DNA from: Marsupella aquatica
Taxonomy: Eukaryota; Plantae; Marchantiophyta
Assembly: GCA_973895155.1 (NCBI GenBank)
Contig: OZ316899.1
Span: forward strand, 1,201,573 to 1,265,572
Reading direction: 5' to 3'
Length of the DNA: 64,000 nucleotides
The notes under the pieces were generated by a model. The model did not search any database and was not told the DNA's origin. It saw only the letters and a list, made by a program, of their open reading frames with translations. The first letter of the stretch is position 1. Each line of letters opens with the position of its first letter. Shown here in pieces: positions 43,484 through 56,600 of this stretch. The translations under genes were made by a program, and so were the position numbers.

Positions 43484-46400
43484 TGTCACATCGTCAACCT
43501 AGGCCTTAACCTGGGCTTTGGCTTAGATAGGCACATCCTGAGTCAAAATAAGGGTTTGGGCAAGGAGGGGGGCACGGAATGCACCTAACTCACATAAACT
43601 AGCGCTAAGTGCGCCTATTGTCATATACGAACACCTCTTAGGTATGGTTTGTGTTTCACCGCCGGAACGTACCTCAGTCAATAGGATCGACCCTGGCTTA
43701 CGAGCTTCTAAGCCTTCGTGTTGTCCGCCTTCAATCCGGATTTGATGGTATGGGTACTCAACCCGGGCTCGCAACCACTTACCCGCAAGCTGCACCCCGT
43801 GCACGACTTGGGTAGTGCGTTCGGCCAAGCGTTGACACCTATACACGAGATTCACACATATACATACGCACAAGCATACAATCTTGATTTACACGAAGAA
43901 AATAATGGGAAAGGATTTTACTATATAGGAGACATATGCGTACACTTAGTTGACCCAAAAGCTCTGGAATGAACAGGTCCGAGGCCGAGGGTGTACACTA
44001 CAACTGAGCCCGGCTCCGCACTTGCCCAGCAAGCTTAGTCCTACACCCTCCCCTTGGTACTCTTTCACTCCCAAAGGTCGGGACTCCCCGCACATACCAC
44101 GGATGTCCAACACTGAGACTAAAAATCCCCCCTGCCTCTACCAAAGGGTGCACTAAATACTAAGGGCCGAGGAACGGAGTGCCCTCTCGCCCGAAGATTC
44201 GCTAACTAAGGTCCTAACTAAGCTGGCTGTCAGGCCGGAAAATGGCTTGTCTTATTAGAAGATCCTAATCTACGCAGGTTGTACAGCATGGCAGTGCTGC
44301 TTTAACTAGGGCAGGTGCTTGTCCCTATAGCCTAATTTAGCTACTCCTACTCTATTTTAATCCTACTCCGCCGCTAATGCCTGGCACGCTTGCCAGAGCC
44401 GCCCGAGTGGGAGCGGCTATCCCACTGCCTTCTGAGTCTGTCGGCGTCCTGCTTGAGTAGCTGGACCTGGTCCAACAGAGATTCATTCTCCCGCTTTGTC
44501 GCGTTTGCCTCTTCCGCGGCCTCCTGGCATGCCTCCTCCAGTTGCTGGGTGTCGCTCGTCAGCTTATCCACCAACTGGGCCTGTTTTGTGGCTTCTCCTT
44601 GAAGCCGCGCCACCTCTGTCTTTAGGGTGTCAATCTTGGTTGTGTCCCGCTGAGATCTAGAGTCAGCTTCCTCCAGATCCTTTTGCCAACTGACGGTTTG
44701 TCCCTTCAAACCGTCAATCTTGGCCCGGAGCCATGCGATCTCGGCGTTCTTTCCGAGCCCGGCCTGTTTTGCTAAAGCTGCTCGGGCCCTAGCCTCGGCA
44801 ACCTGGTCCTTTGTGGCCGTTACCTGAGGCCGTAGTTGCTGGAGTTCAGCCTCCAAGGTTGCCACTTCGTCCTTTAGGTAGGCAGACTCAACCCGATATC
44901 GCTCTATTCTCTGCGCTGTCTCTGCTTGCGCATGTCCTGCCCTTACAGCCGCAACCAACTCCTGGTTGAAGAAGTAGGCCACCCTCCGGGCCATGTATTC
45001 CCCGGTGTCCCGAGAGATCTGTTGCGAGAAATCTCCCAACAACCCGTTCAGAAATGGGCCCGACGCAAAGAGTTCCGGATGATCTAGACTATGTCCATCT
45101 GGATTTGGGCACGGGCAGACTCCAACCTGTGCGGGAGTAGGAGTGGACACATCCAACCCTTGAGGTAAGTCGGTCAAAGGGGCTGGTTCCACTGGAGGTG
45201 GGCGGTTCTCCTGCACCACCGCGGGGGGTGGTGGAGTCCCCTTGGCTACCATGGCATCTGCTTTGCCTATGGCTTCATCCGGCCCGGCTTCGATTGCATT
45301 GTCCCGATTGATCGCGTCTAAGGTTGCGATAACGTCAATGGGTATGCCTGGCGGGGCGGCAGCGGCGGGTTGCGGGGCCGGGGTAGCAGGACTTGCAGCT
45401 GCCAGACTTTGGGCCTCGGACTGCGGTCGCCTCACCTAGGCTGGGAACACCCATTTTGGCGGGGTCAGCTCGGGCTCGTTGAGACGCGGGAGGCTCCGGC
45501 GGTCAAAATGAGCGTACCACTTGATGATGATTTCGATGTGGCTAGCGAAGTACGCCCTTCCACCAAGGTACAAAGTCTTCCTTCTCCGCTCCATCTCCTC
45601 GTGGAACTTCTTGACAAAGAAGGACGCCCACTTCCTGGGCCGATAGTTCTCCACTTGGATGACCTGAGCAGCCGATATTTCTCCTCTGGGTTCCATCATG
45701 TGGAGGGCATACCGCTGGAACTCCAGGCGTTTTGCTACCTCCGGGATGAGGCACGTCCTCATTAAGAACCCATTGTCCACTACCCCCTTGGCCGGGAAAC
45801 TAGAGGACTGGTATTTAGCTCCCTTGCCCCCAGGAGCCCGCGACTCTACTCAGTTTATCCCCTCAGGTAAACCAAAAATCATTTTTAGACGTGCCTCATT
45901 GAGACACATCACTCTCCCGTGCGCTCGGGTTTGTTGACAGGCCTTGTCAAAGTTCTGAATGAACTCCGACATATCCTGTCTGTAGTACCTGCTTGCATTC
46001 CAAGGGAGAGAGGCGAGGTGCTCAAACCCTTGGGTCTTCAGATAGCATGCATGCTTGGGGTGGAGGATGTTCTTGTGAACATTGTCCCTTATGCGATGCA
46101 TGGTCATCTTGGCTACCGCAACCGTGGCCAAAGGCAACCTGTGTACGGCTGCGGGCTCCTTCCTCTTCCTACCCCGAGACTGATTCCCGGGGTGACTAGA
46201 AGAGGGAGACACCTCTCCTTCCTCTCGGTCAGGTGGTGGTAGCGCGACTGCCGTGAGTATTGGTGTCGGGGCCGCTAGAGTTACCGTGTTATCCCCTTGG
46301 GCTTGCTGGAGTGGTGCTGGGTTGTTCGGCGCTCATTGAGTCGTACCCCGCGGCCGTCGATTCAGAGGAGGGTGAGCCTCCTCGTCTTTGGAGCTAATAT

Positions 46401-47456
46401 TTACCGCATTCACCATGGATCCTACTCGGAGAGGCGGTGGAATCGGTGGCGGGGACCGGCTTGGCTGAGGCCGAGGAGGTGTAGGTGCGGGTATGGGCAC
46501 GGGTTGGCCGGAACTGGTCATTGATGGTAGAGTTGCCATGAAGTTTTGCAGGTGCCGGTGGAGGTTTTCCAAAGCAAGTGAAGACGGCCCTGTCGACCGG
46601 GCAGTGTTGAACTTGCTGTTGATGATAGCCCGGACCCGAGCGGGGATGTGGTCAAAGTGGTGCCACTGCAAGTCGATCGTGCCCGGGATATTGAAGACCT
46701 CGTCCGGAAGCCGAAGCAATGCCTCCCAGAAGCCGATGTATTTGCCTCCGTCAAAGAAGTACCCTGATACTTCTTCGGGTCGGTAACGCTCGCTCTGGGA
46801 TGGGTAATCAAAGTTAAGGAGATAGTGGTGTCATTTTGCTAGGCGGATGGCTCTCTTGTATTCGCGTTCGATCTCGTATCGGCACGGGTTGGCGTGTTTC
46901 AATGAGTTGGCCAAGTGCCCTCCGATAGACACGAACTGAGTCCAGAATCGTATGGCCAAACTGGAAAGGATCGTGTGCGACATTCAGAGGAGATAGCAGG
47001 TGACTAAGGAAAAAGCGAGAGAGCCGGGGTCGAAGCTGGCGTGTGGACTGAAGAACTGGTGCACTGCAAAGGATCGGCCCCTTTTATACCCTGAGAGCTC
47101 ATCAATCGCTCGACGCCTCCTCATCGCTTATAGGCCGAGCCTTTCATGCTCGTAGTGTACCGGCCCCTTCGCCGGTCCGGGTCAGCTTGTGTCAGTGGCC
47201 GCCTCCCGGAGTTTGTTATACGGACCCAAGGGGGGGGAAAGGGGGCCCATTACATGCTCGCAACCCGGGCGTGCAAATGGCGACCCGCCGCCAGCCCGAA
47301 CATGAATTCCCCTTATTGACTAATGATTTCCTACTCATAATGGCTACCTAAACACTGTCATTATGCTAATAATAACGGCCTAAGATACCTCTAACGGCGC
47401 GTGCTAAGCGCGGTTAGACCAAATCACTCATTACCCGCCATACCGGCGGCGTCACA
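43484..47456 (-). repeat. 5' LTR of element X (3,973 bp)
   Basis: Collinear with 5829-14747; TG...CA; TATA-like TATAAAAGGG on the minus strand at ~47080-47089; followed by TSD GGTAG. Confidence 0.9.
44374..46790 (-). pseudogene. LTR-embedded accessory gene of X (5' LTR copy)
   Basis: ORFs 46333-46719, 45850-46212, 45436-45780 and 44374-45435 are in one frame, separated by single stops. Confidence 0.8.
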
Positions 47457-47857
47457 GGTAGCTTCTGCGAGAGCACATCATTGAATTCCTCTAAAATTTC
47501 AGGAATTTGACCGCAGTTGGGCCCAACCTTAGCTGACTTAACCTTTGGCTGCGAAGCAGCCTCCTTAATTGGGTGGAGATGAAAGAAGAAACATTCATGT
47601 CCACCCTTGAAGTCTTTCCACCATTGCTTCGCCGATACACACAGAGACAACCACAACACTTTACTTACTTTGAGAAATATTTCTTTATTTTTGGTAACTT
47701 TGTGTACAACGATGGGCTCACCGCCCTTATTGGGAAAATGGAGCACTTCACCTCCCGGTTTCAAGGTAGCATTGTGCTTTCTGAGATAACCTAGTGACAA
47801 AATAAAGTCTACGGCTAGACCGTCTAGAATGTAGAACATCTTCTCACTAACAAAATT
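47457..47857 (-). pseudogene. Protease-RT linker of host gypsy W
   Basis: FYILDGLAVDFILSLGYL...EILEEFNDVLSQKLP; joins 5828 and 51734 in frame after removing X and V. Confidence 0.85.
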
Positions 47858-50800
47858 TGTGACACGGGTAACGTGTCACTTAACCGAACGTAGGTCCTAG
47901 ATTAGGACTTATACGGTCATTAGGACCATAGTCATAGCGTAAAGTACCACGAATAGCCGTCTTTGCCATTATGAATAGATTAGGAGTAGGTTAGTTGACT
48001 AAATGATTACAAATTAAGGAAAGAGGATTATTACAATCGACTGAGGTACGTGGCGGTGGCGGAGTAAAAATCCGTTAGGAGATCACGCTTGGACCGAGAC
48101 ACCCAACTTTGGTTCATTATCAATGACCAAAACGGCCTCGCCTTCTCACGCTCGAGCTCACCCTGGCACCTCCATAAGAGCTGAGTCGATGGCGTTGCGG
48201 CCCATTTGCTCATTCATACCTTTTGGAATTTGCGGACGCTGCCATTCACTCTTGCCTTTTGCTCGAATCAAGCTAACTTTTACGAGGAAATTATCAAGGG
48301 GTAAGAGCGGATTGTGGCGGGATTTAGTCAGGGCGAGTAAGACCTCCACCAACAAGCAAACCGGCCGGGCGAGAACGCGGACTCGACGAACCAGACTACA
48401 AAGGTTAGTATGACCCTTACAGCCTTGGGATTTTGGACCTTGTTTGGCAAGGTAGGTGCTAAGTTCTCCAAGACTTACTGGTACTCTTGCCCCGAGAAAG
48501 CCGCTTACGAATGAAGATATCCAAAGTTGATGGCCAAGGTAGCACAGGTTAACTATGAGAAGACAGCCATTACCAGGGATTCCAGCTACAACGAGCTACG
48601 GGACTACATCACCGAGCTATATATCAGCGAGGAGGGGTTTAGATCGGTAGCAGAGGCAATTCTTGAAATCACCGCAAAGTTCTTTAGGCTGAGGGGCAGC
48701 CAAAGGCTGACTCCAGCGGAGTTCGACAAGATCCCGGGATACATCGACCAGCAGATTGCAGCCAAGAAGCGTGAAGAAGACATCAGCAAACAACGGGAAG
48801 CGGCGCGTAATCTTACGTTCCTTGGGGAAAGCTCCAACGCCTTCAACTGGGATATGGCTACCCCGACGCCACCCCTAGCCCCTCAGCCGATGACCACCGG
48901 CGTACCACCTAACCGGTCCCAAGTCCGTCCTGTGAACAACACCGAGTGTTCCTTGGGTTTTGAGTGTGATAGTCCGCAGCTTGAGCAGCGTTCTCAGAAG
49001 CGGGCAAGGACGACGCCGGCCCCCGAACCAACAGCGCAAACCAACGCCGCCCCTACACCTGCCCCGGCTAATCCACCGACCAACCAGACCTGACGGCCCT
49101 AGGATAATCAACAGCCTAACTTATTACAGGTAATCTGCGTCCCCAAAGTAGTCTGGACCGCGATCACGAAACCCGATCACGCGGACTATCTCAAGGAGCA
49201 TCAGTTGGAGCAGTTCGCTCACTTGCTATGGAGACCTAACGCAACCGGACCAAGGGAGGTTTATGAGTTCATATCCAACTTCAACACTGACGCAGCAATC
49301 ACCAAGGTTTCAGGGCAGACCTTATCACTTACGGAGCATCGGTTGGCACATATCTTTTGTCTGCCAACCGGGCCAGTGTCGGTTGAACTCCAAATTTGGG
49401 ATAAAGAGTATACACCTCGACACTTCAAACCCAAGGGTAAGACAGACAACGGGTACAAGCAGGAGTCATGCACCAACTTAGTCTGTATGGAGCGGCTTAA
49501 CTTCATACGGACTACCCTACACATGATTGAGCCACAATGTGAGATCTCCCTCTGTACGATCGTACAGGTGGAACAATACAAACGGCAAAACTGGGCCCAA
49601 TGCTTTTACCGCAGGTTCTTGGAGGAGCTTAGGCGGGCTCAAGGAGGTATGTCTATCAGGGGAAGAACCTACCTGGGAAGTCACATTGCCATAATCCTCG
49701 CCTGGTACAAAGCGCGGCGGGAGGCCAGGGGAAAGAATATGGCCACCTCAGCCCCGACTAGTGTCACCCCCGCTCCGGAGGAGGCTACCCCAAGCGAGCG
49801 GACTCACGAGGAGGACCACGCCTCAGGCAAACCATGAGCCCGTGGCCCCGACTAATACTCCGCCACCTCCTCCCGTTGAAATTCCGCCGCCCCCTTTTGT
49901 CGAGCCTCCGCTACCCCCAGTACAACCACCCCCAATCCCTCCACCACCTGAAGAAACCTTCCCCTCCCCATTGCAGACTATGGAGGAGCTCGCGGCCCCG
50001 CCCAAGGAACCACCAGTGCCCGAGAGGATGGAGGACTACCAAGTAGCCCTGGGGACCATGGCCTACAACCTGGTCCAGAAGTTTAGTCAGACTCTGTTAG
50101 GGGAGCTGGCAACGTACATCGGACAATAGGTCTCGGCGTACTTCCAACCAGCCTTCTTCATGTTAGAGCACCAACCGCGGATCGTAAGCCGCTTGGAGGA
50201 AGAACTCATGGCAAAGGGGAACAAGATTGGGCGCCTCCAAATGCTAGTAGAACACCTCAAAGAGGAGGCCACTACCCGCCGTGAGGAGTTAGTCCGCACC
50301 GTTGAACAACGGGATGGACTAAGGCAGGAGTTTAGCGCGACGCAAGCAAATCTCTAGAAGCTAGATGACACTGTGCTTCAGTTGCGCTCAAAATCCTTGG
50401 CTCGGGTTACCAGCCTGACCGACCTCAACAACCAACTCCTGCAGGCAGCTCAGCAGGTGGCTAGTCTCTCTTTCGAGCAAGATAAATTGAAAGGTGCAAG
50501 ACCAGGCCCATCGTGACTCCATCGGCAACTTAGCCTAGAGGTAGCACGGCTCTAGACCGAGGCCGACGAAGCTGCAAACGAGGCAGAGGAGGCGGTACGG
50601 GATAACAAGGCCTTGCAGGACCGCTTTACCCTGCTCGTCCTCCAGCGGGCAAGACCTGGACCCACCTCTGATCAAGGCGGCTCAAGGTCTCGCCCCGACA
50701 AGGGGACAAACCCTGGTTTGACCACAACACGCACGTAAGGGGTGGTTAGCGAAGGGTGTGAGCAGGCGCTGCGCAAGGTAGTTGAGTCAGCAACATCTTT

Positions 50801-51728
50801 TTTATTAGACTTAACGATAGAATAGCTGTCATTAGGCGTCGATTAGCGATGCAATAAGAAGAATTAGGATAGGATCAGTTAGGATCAGCCGACGTAGGAT
50901 AGAGTCCATCAACAGACTAGAATTTTGGTCAGTAGACTTAGCTACTGCCACCCCGGTCAGCGCCCCCGCCACTGACGGTCAACCGGTCAGAGGAGTGCGG
51001 CCGGTTAGTCAGAAGGTAGTTAGTCAGTAGGCACTACCTCGGGAGGTAGTATCTTCCGGCTCCTTTTCGCAAACGTAGTATTTAGGCTTCCCCTTCCGCT
51101 GTGGGACGGGGAAAAGGCTTAGTTATCTTAGCGCAAGAAAAGGCGAGGCACGGGGAGTCCCGGCCTGAGCAGGGTCAAAGTGCACTAAGGAGTGAGAGCC
51201 AGAGTCAAGCTTGCAGGGAAAGTGCGGGGCGGGGCCTCGTCAAGATTGGGCTGATTGCCGTTAGGCCTACTGACCCCCTTAGAAGTCGAGTCAACTATGT
51301 AAATTGATTCTTCGCTAAGTAAATGTAATCTTTTCCCTCTGATTCTACCGCGTGTAACTGGTGTTGTGTGTATGCTTTGTCTGGGAAAAGGCGCCATTTC
51401 AAGGGATGTACCGGGTGCGGACTAATGGTAGGGATTGCCACCAATTGCATGTCACAAGGTTTTGTCACGTTGATGGCTTGAAAGCCCCAAGCCGGGAGTT
51501 AGTCCGAGTCACTAATTAATTGTGGGAATATTCCAGCGGTGGAAAACAAATATACCTATGATCAGTGTGAGTCGTGTAAGTATTATACCGGTAAGTATAT
51601 TGACTTAGCCCAACTTAGGGCTAATTAGGATAACTACACACCTCCTTGCCCGAACCCTCACCCCTACTGGTGGTTGCGGTCGCCCAAGGGAAATAACTCG
51701 GATTTAAGGCCCGGGTTATGGGCGCAAA
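47858..51728 (+). mobile_element. Solo giant LTR V (3.87 kb) carrying an accessory gene
   Basis: Starts TGTGACAC; TSD AAATT at 47853-47857 and 51729-51733; removal restores W's frame (LREKIHKVKNF|VSEKMFYILDG). The right end reads GCGCAAA, so the terminal CA is apparently mutated. No gag or pol inside. Confidence 0.8.
48527..50700 (+). pseudogene. LTR-embedded accessory gene of V, homologous to that of X
   Basis: EAILEITAKFFRLRGSQRLTPAEFDKIP vs X EALLRLPDEVFNIPGTIDLQWHHFDHIP; DHADYLKEHQLEQFAHLLW vs KHACYLKTQGFEHLASLPW; GRTYLGSHIAII vs GRAYFASHIKII; then Pro-rich and coiled-coil segments. Confidence 0.82.
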
Positions 51729-51733
51729 AAATT

Positions 51734-53400
51734 CTTAACTTTATGTATCTTCTCTCGCAACAACACCTTCTCTCCGGCAAGAACATCCCCCTACAGGGAC
51801 CTTGTCAGCTACTAAGGGTTTGGTTAGAGCGATACTTACCTTAACTCTTCTGCCCTCCATCTCCGCTTGGCTTGCCACCTTTTGTGGAACAATCCTTACT
51901 TTGATGGCCCATGGCACCACACGTGACGCACGAACCTTCCGCCTGCCCTCTATGAGTGCCTGCTTCTTTGCTTTCTGCACTGATGAGGTTCCTTTCTTGA
52001 AGGTGCCGGCCTTCCGGTTTCGCTTAGCTTCTCCATTCTGGGGCTAGGGATCCGCACCACCGGCACCCGCCCCCTCAGGTTGCTTACGCTTATTCCTGAG
52101 ACAAGGCCAAGTCCGGTTGGTTATTCACCAATGTAGTGGCCTTGTCAAAGGCGTCAAAAAGCGTTTTGAACCCGTGACGCTTTTCTTGTAACTTTTCCCT
52201 GAGCAACGGCGGGAGCTTCACTATAAAGTTGTGAAGCTGTGTATGTAGGGTCTCTTGCCGCACCGGGATACACGCCAACTGGTTTTGGTAATAAGTGATG
52301 AACTTTTGGATATCACCCCTGAAGCTCATCTCCGTTACACATTTCTAAGCATGCCGCTCTGGGTACTTAGTGATGACATGAGCATGGAAACCCTCAACCA
52401 CCCAAGTTAATGGCAAGGAGGAGTCTTCCCTTGACTTCTTCCATGACTTGTACCAAGTCAAGGCATAGTCCTTCAGGTAAGGAGCGGTTGCGGTAGCCCA
52501 AGTGGATTGCTCAACGCACGCCTAGAGATGAATCTCCATCGTGGAGAGCCAACTCGGGAACTTTTGTCCACTTTGTTCATAGGCCCCGTAGTAAGTTGGA
52601 GGAGTCGGTAGCTGGTTCACTTGGAACATACTCCATCCAACTACCATTCCCCCCTCGGGACGCGTTGCACTCTGACTACCCAGACTAAGTAAGTACTTAA
52701 TCTGGGCCCCCTTGTTGTGTTCCAACTGCTCATAAATGAGTTGTTGGTCTTGAGTCAATGGACCCAAACCGTCGTCAGCGGCTGGGCCCTTGCGGGTTGT
52801 ATGAGGACGGTCCTCCAACCGTCTTTCCTTTGCGGGCCGCCTATCCTTAGGTTCTCTTGTGGATTTTGGTGACATCCCCCGCGTCTTGCGGGCACCATGA
52901 CCTCCCAGGACTGAGGCATCACCCTGGTTTTGCTTGGTCAAATTATCCACGATGACGTCCAGCTTGACATCATCCTCTGGATCTGCATCCAGCCCTCTCA
53001 AGGCGGGGATCAGTTCCTCCTCTGGGTTCTGACCCTCTTCCTTCGATCCAGCTTCTGCATTGTCTTTGCTTCCGTCCGCGTCAGAGCCGTCATTGTCCGA
53101 CCCGTCCTCCAAAGGATCAGCCACCTCCTTCCCTTTAAGTCGACGGTGCTCTGCACTTAACATGTTTGCCACGGTGGTAGACGGTTTGGCCGCCACGTCT
53201 TCTTCGTCCAGCTTGTAACATTTGTCCAGGGAAGTCAACCCGTCCTCCTTCTGTTCGTCTTGGACTTGGGCTCTCCCCTTAGCGGGGGGAGCCTGTTTGC
53301 CACTCTTTGATTGAGTGTTTTTAGCCATGTTCCCAGTGACCAAATCTGCCCGCAGTCGACCCGCCAGGCACGTTGAAGCACTAAGTCCCCGCAAAAATCC
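51734..53400 (-). pseudogene. gag and protease start of host gypsy W
   Basis: KFPSWLSTMEIHL..ATAPYLKDYALTWY..; FITYYQNQL..; continues to LREKIHKVKNF. Confidence 0.72.
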
Positions 53401-53459
53401 GTTAAGATTTTTGGATTCTGACTTAGCACAACCCCAGCCTGGTGTCTATGCCAGCAATT

Positions 53460-53471
53460 GCTCTGATACCA
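53460..53471 (-). promoter_or_regulatory. Initiator-Met primer binding site of W
   Basis: TGGTATCAGAGC on the minus strand, upstream of W gag; the expected 5' LTR is not recognisable. Confidence 0.85.
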
Positions 53472-53639
53472 CAAGTGGTGGGCCTAGCCACCAAGCGCCC
53501 TCACCAATCCCAACACTCACTCCTAAGTGCCCCTGGTGCCCAAACACCTCCACAAAATACCTCGAGCAAGCACCCTAGTGCCCCTTGCACCTCCAGCGGC
53601 CCCTCCCATATGAAGCCGCACTTGCTCTCCTACACAACG

Positions 53640-56600
53640 GCTACTCAACGGTCTTCATTGTCTGCACAAGCAACCAACGGAACACAGGGCAACTACATGG
53701 AGGCCCTAGACGACATTGAGGGCTACGGCCCTACCAGAGTCAGATTCCCCAAAGGGACTACAATCTACATTGACTCAGCAATTTACGCACCAAGGGCCAC
53801 AAGGAACCTAATCAGCTTCAACGATATCCGCGCAAATAAGCTACACATCCACACCGACACCCACAACAACAGGGAAGTGCTGTAGATACTAGACAACACC
53901 AAACCAGGGGGAGGAGTCTGAGAGAGCTTACCAATTTACCCTCCTGGCTTATATATCACTCGGATACACTCTTACCACACAGAGCTCCCCACTCTCAATT
54001 TAACTCAAATCTGGCATAATCGCCTTAGTCACCCCGGCACCAATATGTACCATAACATTCTGAAGACCACGGTGGGGATACCCCATGTAGTTCACCCCTC
54101 AGCCTCGAACAGACCCTGCATTGCTTGTTCACAGGGAAAGATGGTGACTCGGCCTGCACCATCAAAAACCATACATAAGATCCCACAATTTTTAGAGAGG
54201 ATACAAGCAGACGTCTGCGGGCCAATTGAACCACCCTCCGGCCCATTCCAAACTTCATGGTCATTATAGACGCCTCCACCAAATGGTCACAGGTCTCCTT
54301 GCTCTCCACACGGAACCTAGTCTTCACCAAAATCTTATCTCACATACTGAAACTCAAACACCAATTCCCAGAGAATCCAATCAAAACCATCAGAGTCGAT
54401 AATGCGGGGGAGGTTACCTCAAAAACGTTCGATGACTTCTGCGAGACTGCAGGGATAGACACCGAATACCTGGTCCCACACGTCCACTTCCAGAATGGTA
54501 TCGCCAAATTGGTGATAAAACGCATACAAATGGTGGCCAGGCCACTGCTAATGCAATCCAACTTACCAGCCTCAGCATGGGGCCATGCGGTCCTGCACGC
54601 TGCCGCCCTCCTAAGAATAAGGCCATCCTCCTTCAATACCCAAACCCCTCACTTCTTGGCATATGGAATGCCCGACATCACCCATCTTCGAACATTCAAA
54701 TGCCTGGTCCTGGTCCCAATACTAGGCCCCAAACGGACCAAAATGGGACCCCAACAACAACGAGGCATCTACGTGGGACTAGACTCACGTTCTATCATCA
54801 GGTACTTGGAACCTACGATAGCAGACATATTTAAAGCAAGGTTCCAAGACTGCCAATTCTTTGAAGACAAATTCCCAACCCTCGCCGAAGACACTGCTAG
54901 AAGCAGACATGTCAAAGCACACTAACTACAATGGCTACCCACAAAACCAATCACTGATGACCACCGGACCAGAGAAGCAGACCAAGGAGTACAAAGGGTC
55001 CTCCATTTACAGCAGATGCTCACAAACTTACCTGACTCTTTCAACGATGCAGCTGCAATCACACGGTCACACACAGAGGCAGCAAATATACCCGCAAGAA
55101 TTTCACGGACAGCTCCACAGGCAACGGCAGCCGCATCAAAGGCAAAACGGGGCTGACCCCTGGGCTCTAAGGATACGTACCCGCAACCACCACGCAGCGC
55201 ATCACCAGCAACCACGGCCACCCCTGCACGAAGATCACCCCCTCCAAGGGATACAACCCGAGGAAATAACAATCAGCTACATACACATGACAGATGATGC
55301 AGCAAAATAAAACACAAATCAATGACCACTTTGCATTCCATATCTCTGAGGAGATAACCAACGAAACCCCTGACCCCATTACAATAGCAGAGGCTCAATC
55401 TTGACCAGACTGGCATCAATGGGAGCTGGCCATAAACTCCAAATTAGACTCACTGATAAAACAAAACGTCTTCGGACCCGTAATCGCTGCACCTGCAGGG
55501 ACACACCTTACGGGATATAAGTTCACTTTCTTGAGGAAACGAAATGCAAAAGGAGAGGTAATTAGATACAAAGCTTGCTTGGTAGCGAAGGGCTACACCC
55601 AAATCCCCGGCCGGGACTTCGACCAAACATACTCCCCAATGATGGATTCCATAACATACCGGTACCTCGTTGCATTTACACTCCTGCACAAGCTCGTCAT
55701 GTACACGCTAGACGTGATCACAGCCTATCTGTATGGTATCCTAGATACCACAATATACATGAAGGCACCCCCGGAACTGATCAAAAGAATAAGGTTCCAC
55801 ATTGAGGGGGAGAAGAATGGTACCACAGACCGCGGTCTACAACCGGGCCTAACCCAAACCGGCCCTACAGGCGATTTAGACAAAACGATGAGCGAGCTCG
55901 GACCTGCAGTACCAACACCAAAGGATGTGCTTCACACATCCAACCTCAGGAAACGAACGCTCCTCCTACCGAACACCTCTGCTACACAACTGAAACGAGT
56001 CAAAAGAGAACTCGCAATCCAGGTCCTACGCTCAATGTACGGATTAAAACAGAGCGGATGAACCTGGTACAAACGATTCAAAGCTGAAATGCTTGCACTG
56101 AACTCCAATACTGATGACATTGCCCCTTGTTTGTTCCTCAAACAGGAGGCAGATGAATTCGTTATCATCGCAATTTATGTAGACGACATAAACATCTTTG
56201 GCATAGCAACGATAATGCACAAGACAATCAAAATCCTGAAGAAGACATTCGAGATGACGGACATCGGGAAGCCTAGCTATTGCATGGGATTACAATTCAA
56301 CTACCTGCAACAGGGAATCCTGATCAACCAATCAACTTATACCAAAAAGGCGCTACGGAAATTCAACATGGCATCCGCCCACCCAGTCAGCACCCCCATG
56401 GACCTGAGATCCTCAGACCCCACAAGGGACACCTTTAAAAAATGGACAGAGACCAAGGAGGTTCTTGGCCCCGAGAAGCCATACCTCTTAGCCCTAATGT
56501 ACGTGGCAACATAGTCACGCCCCGACATTGCTTTCGCCATCAATCTACTTGCTCGCCATAGCTCCAACCCCACAATCCGACATTGGAACAAAGTAAAAAG

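Larger units (their letters stand above)
5829..47456 (-). mobile_element. Full-length Ty3/gypsy element X with ~4 kb LTRs, carrying nested insertions
   Basis: TSD GGTAG at 5824-5828 and 47457-47461; removing the element restores W's frame (EFNDVLSQKLP|KGLPPRREVDH). Direct repeats 5829-14747 (less the Y1 insert) and 43484-47456 begin TGTCACA and end GTCACA. PPT next to one, PBS-like site next to the other, gag-pol between them. Confidence 0.93.
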
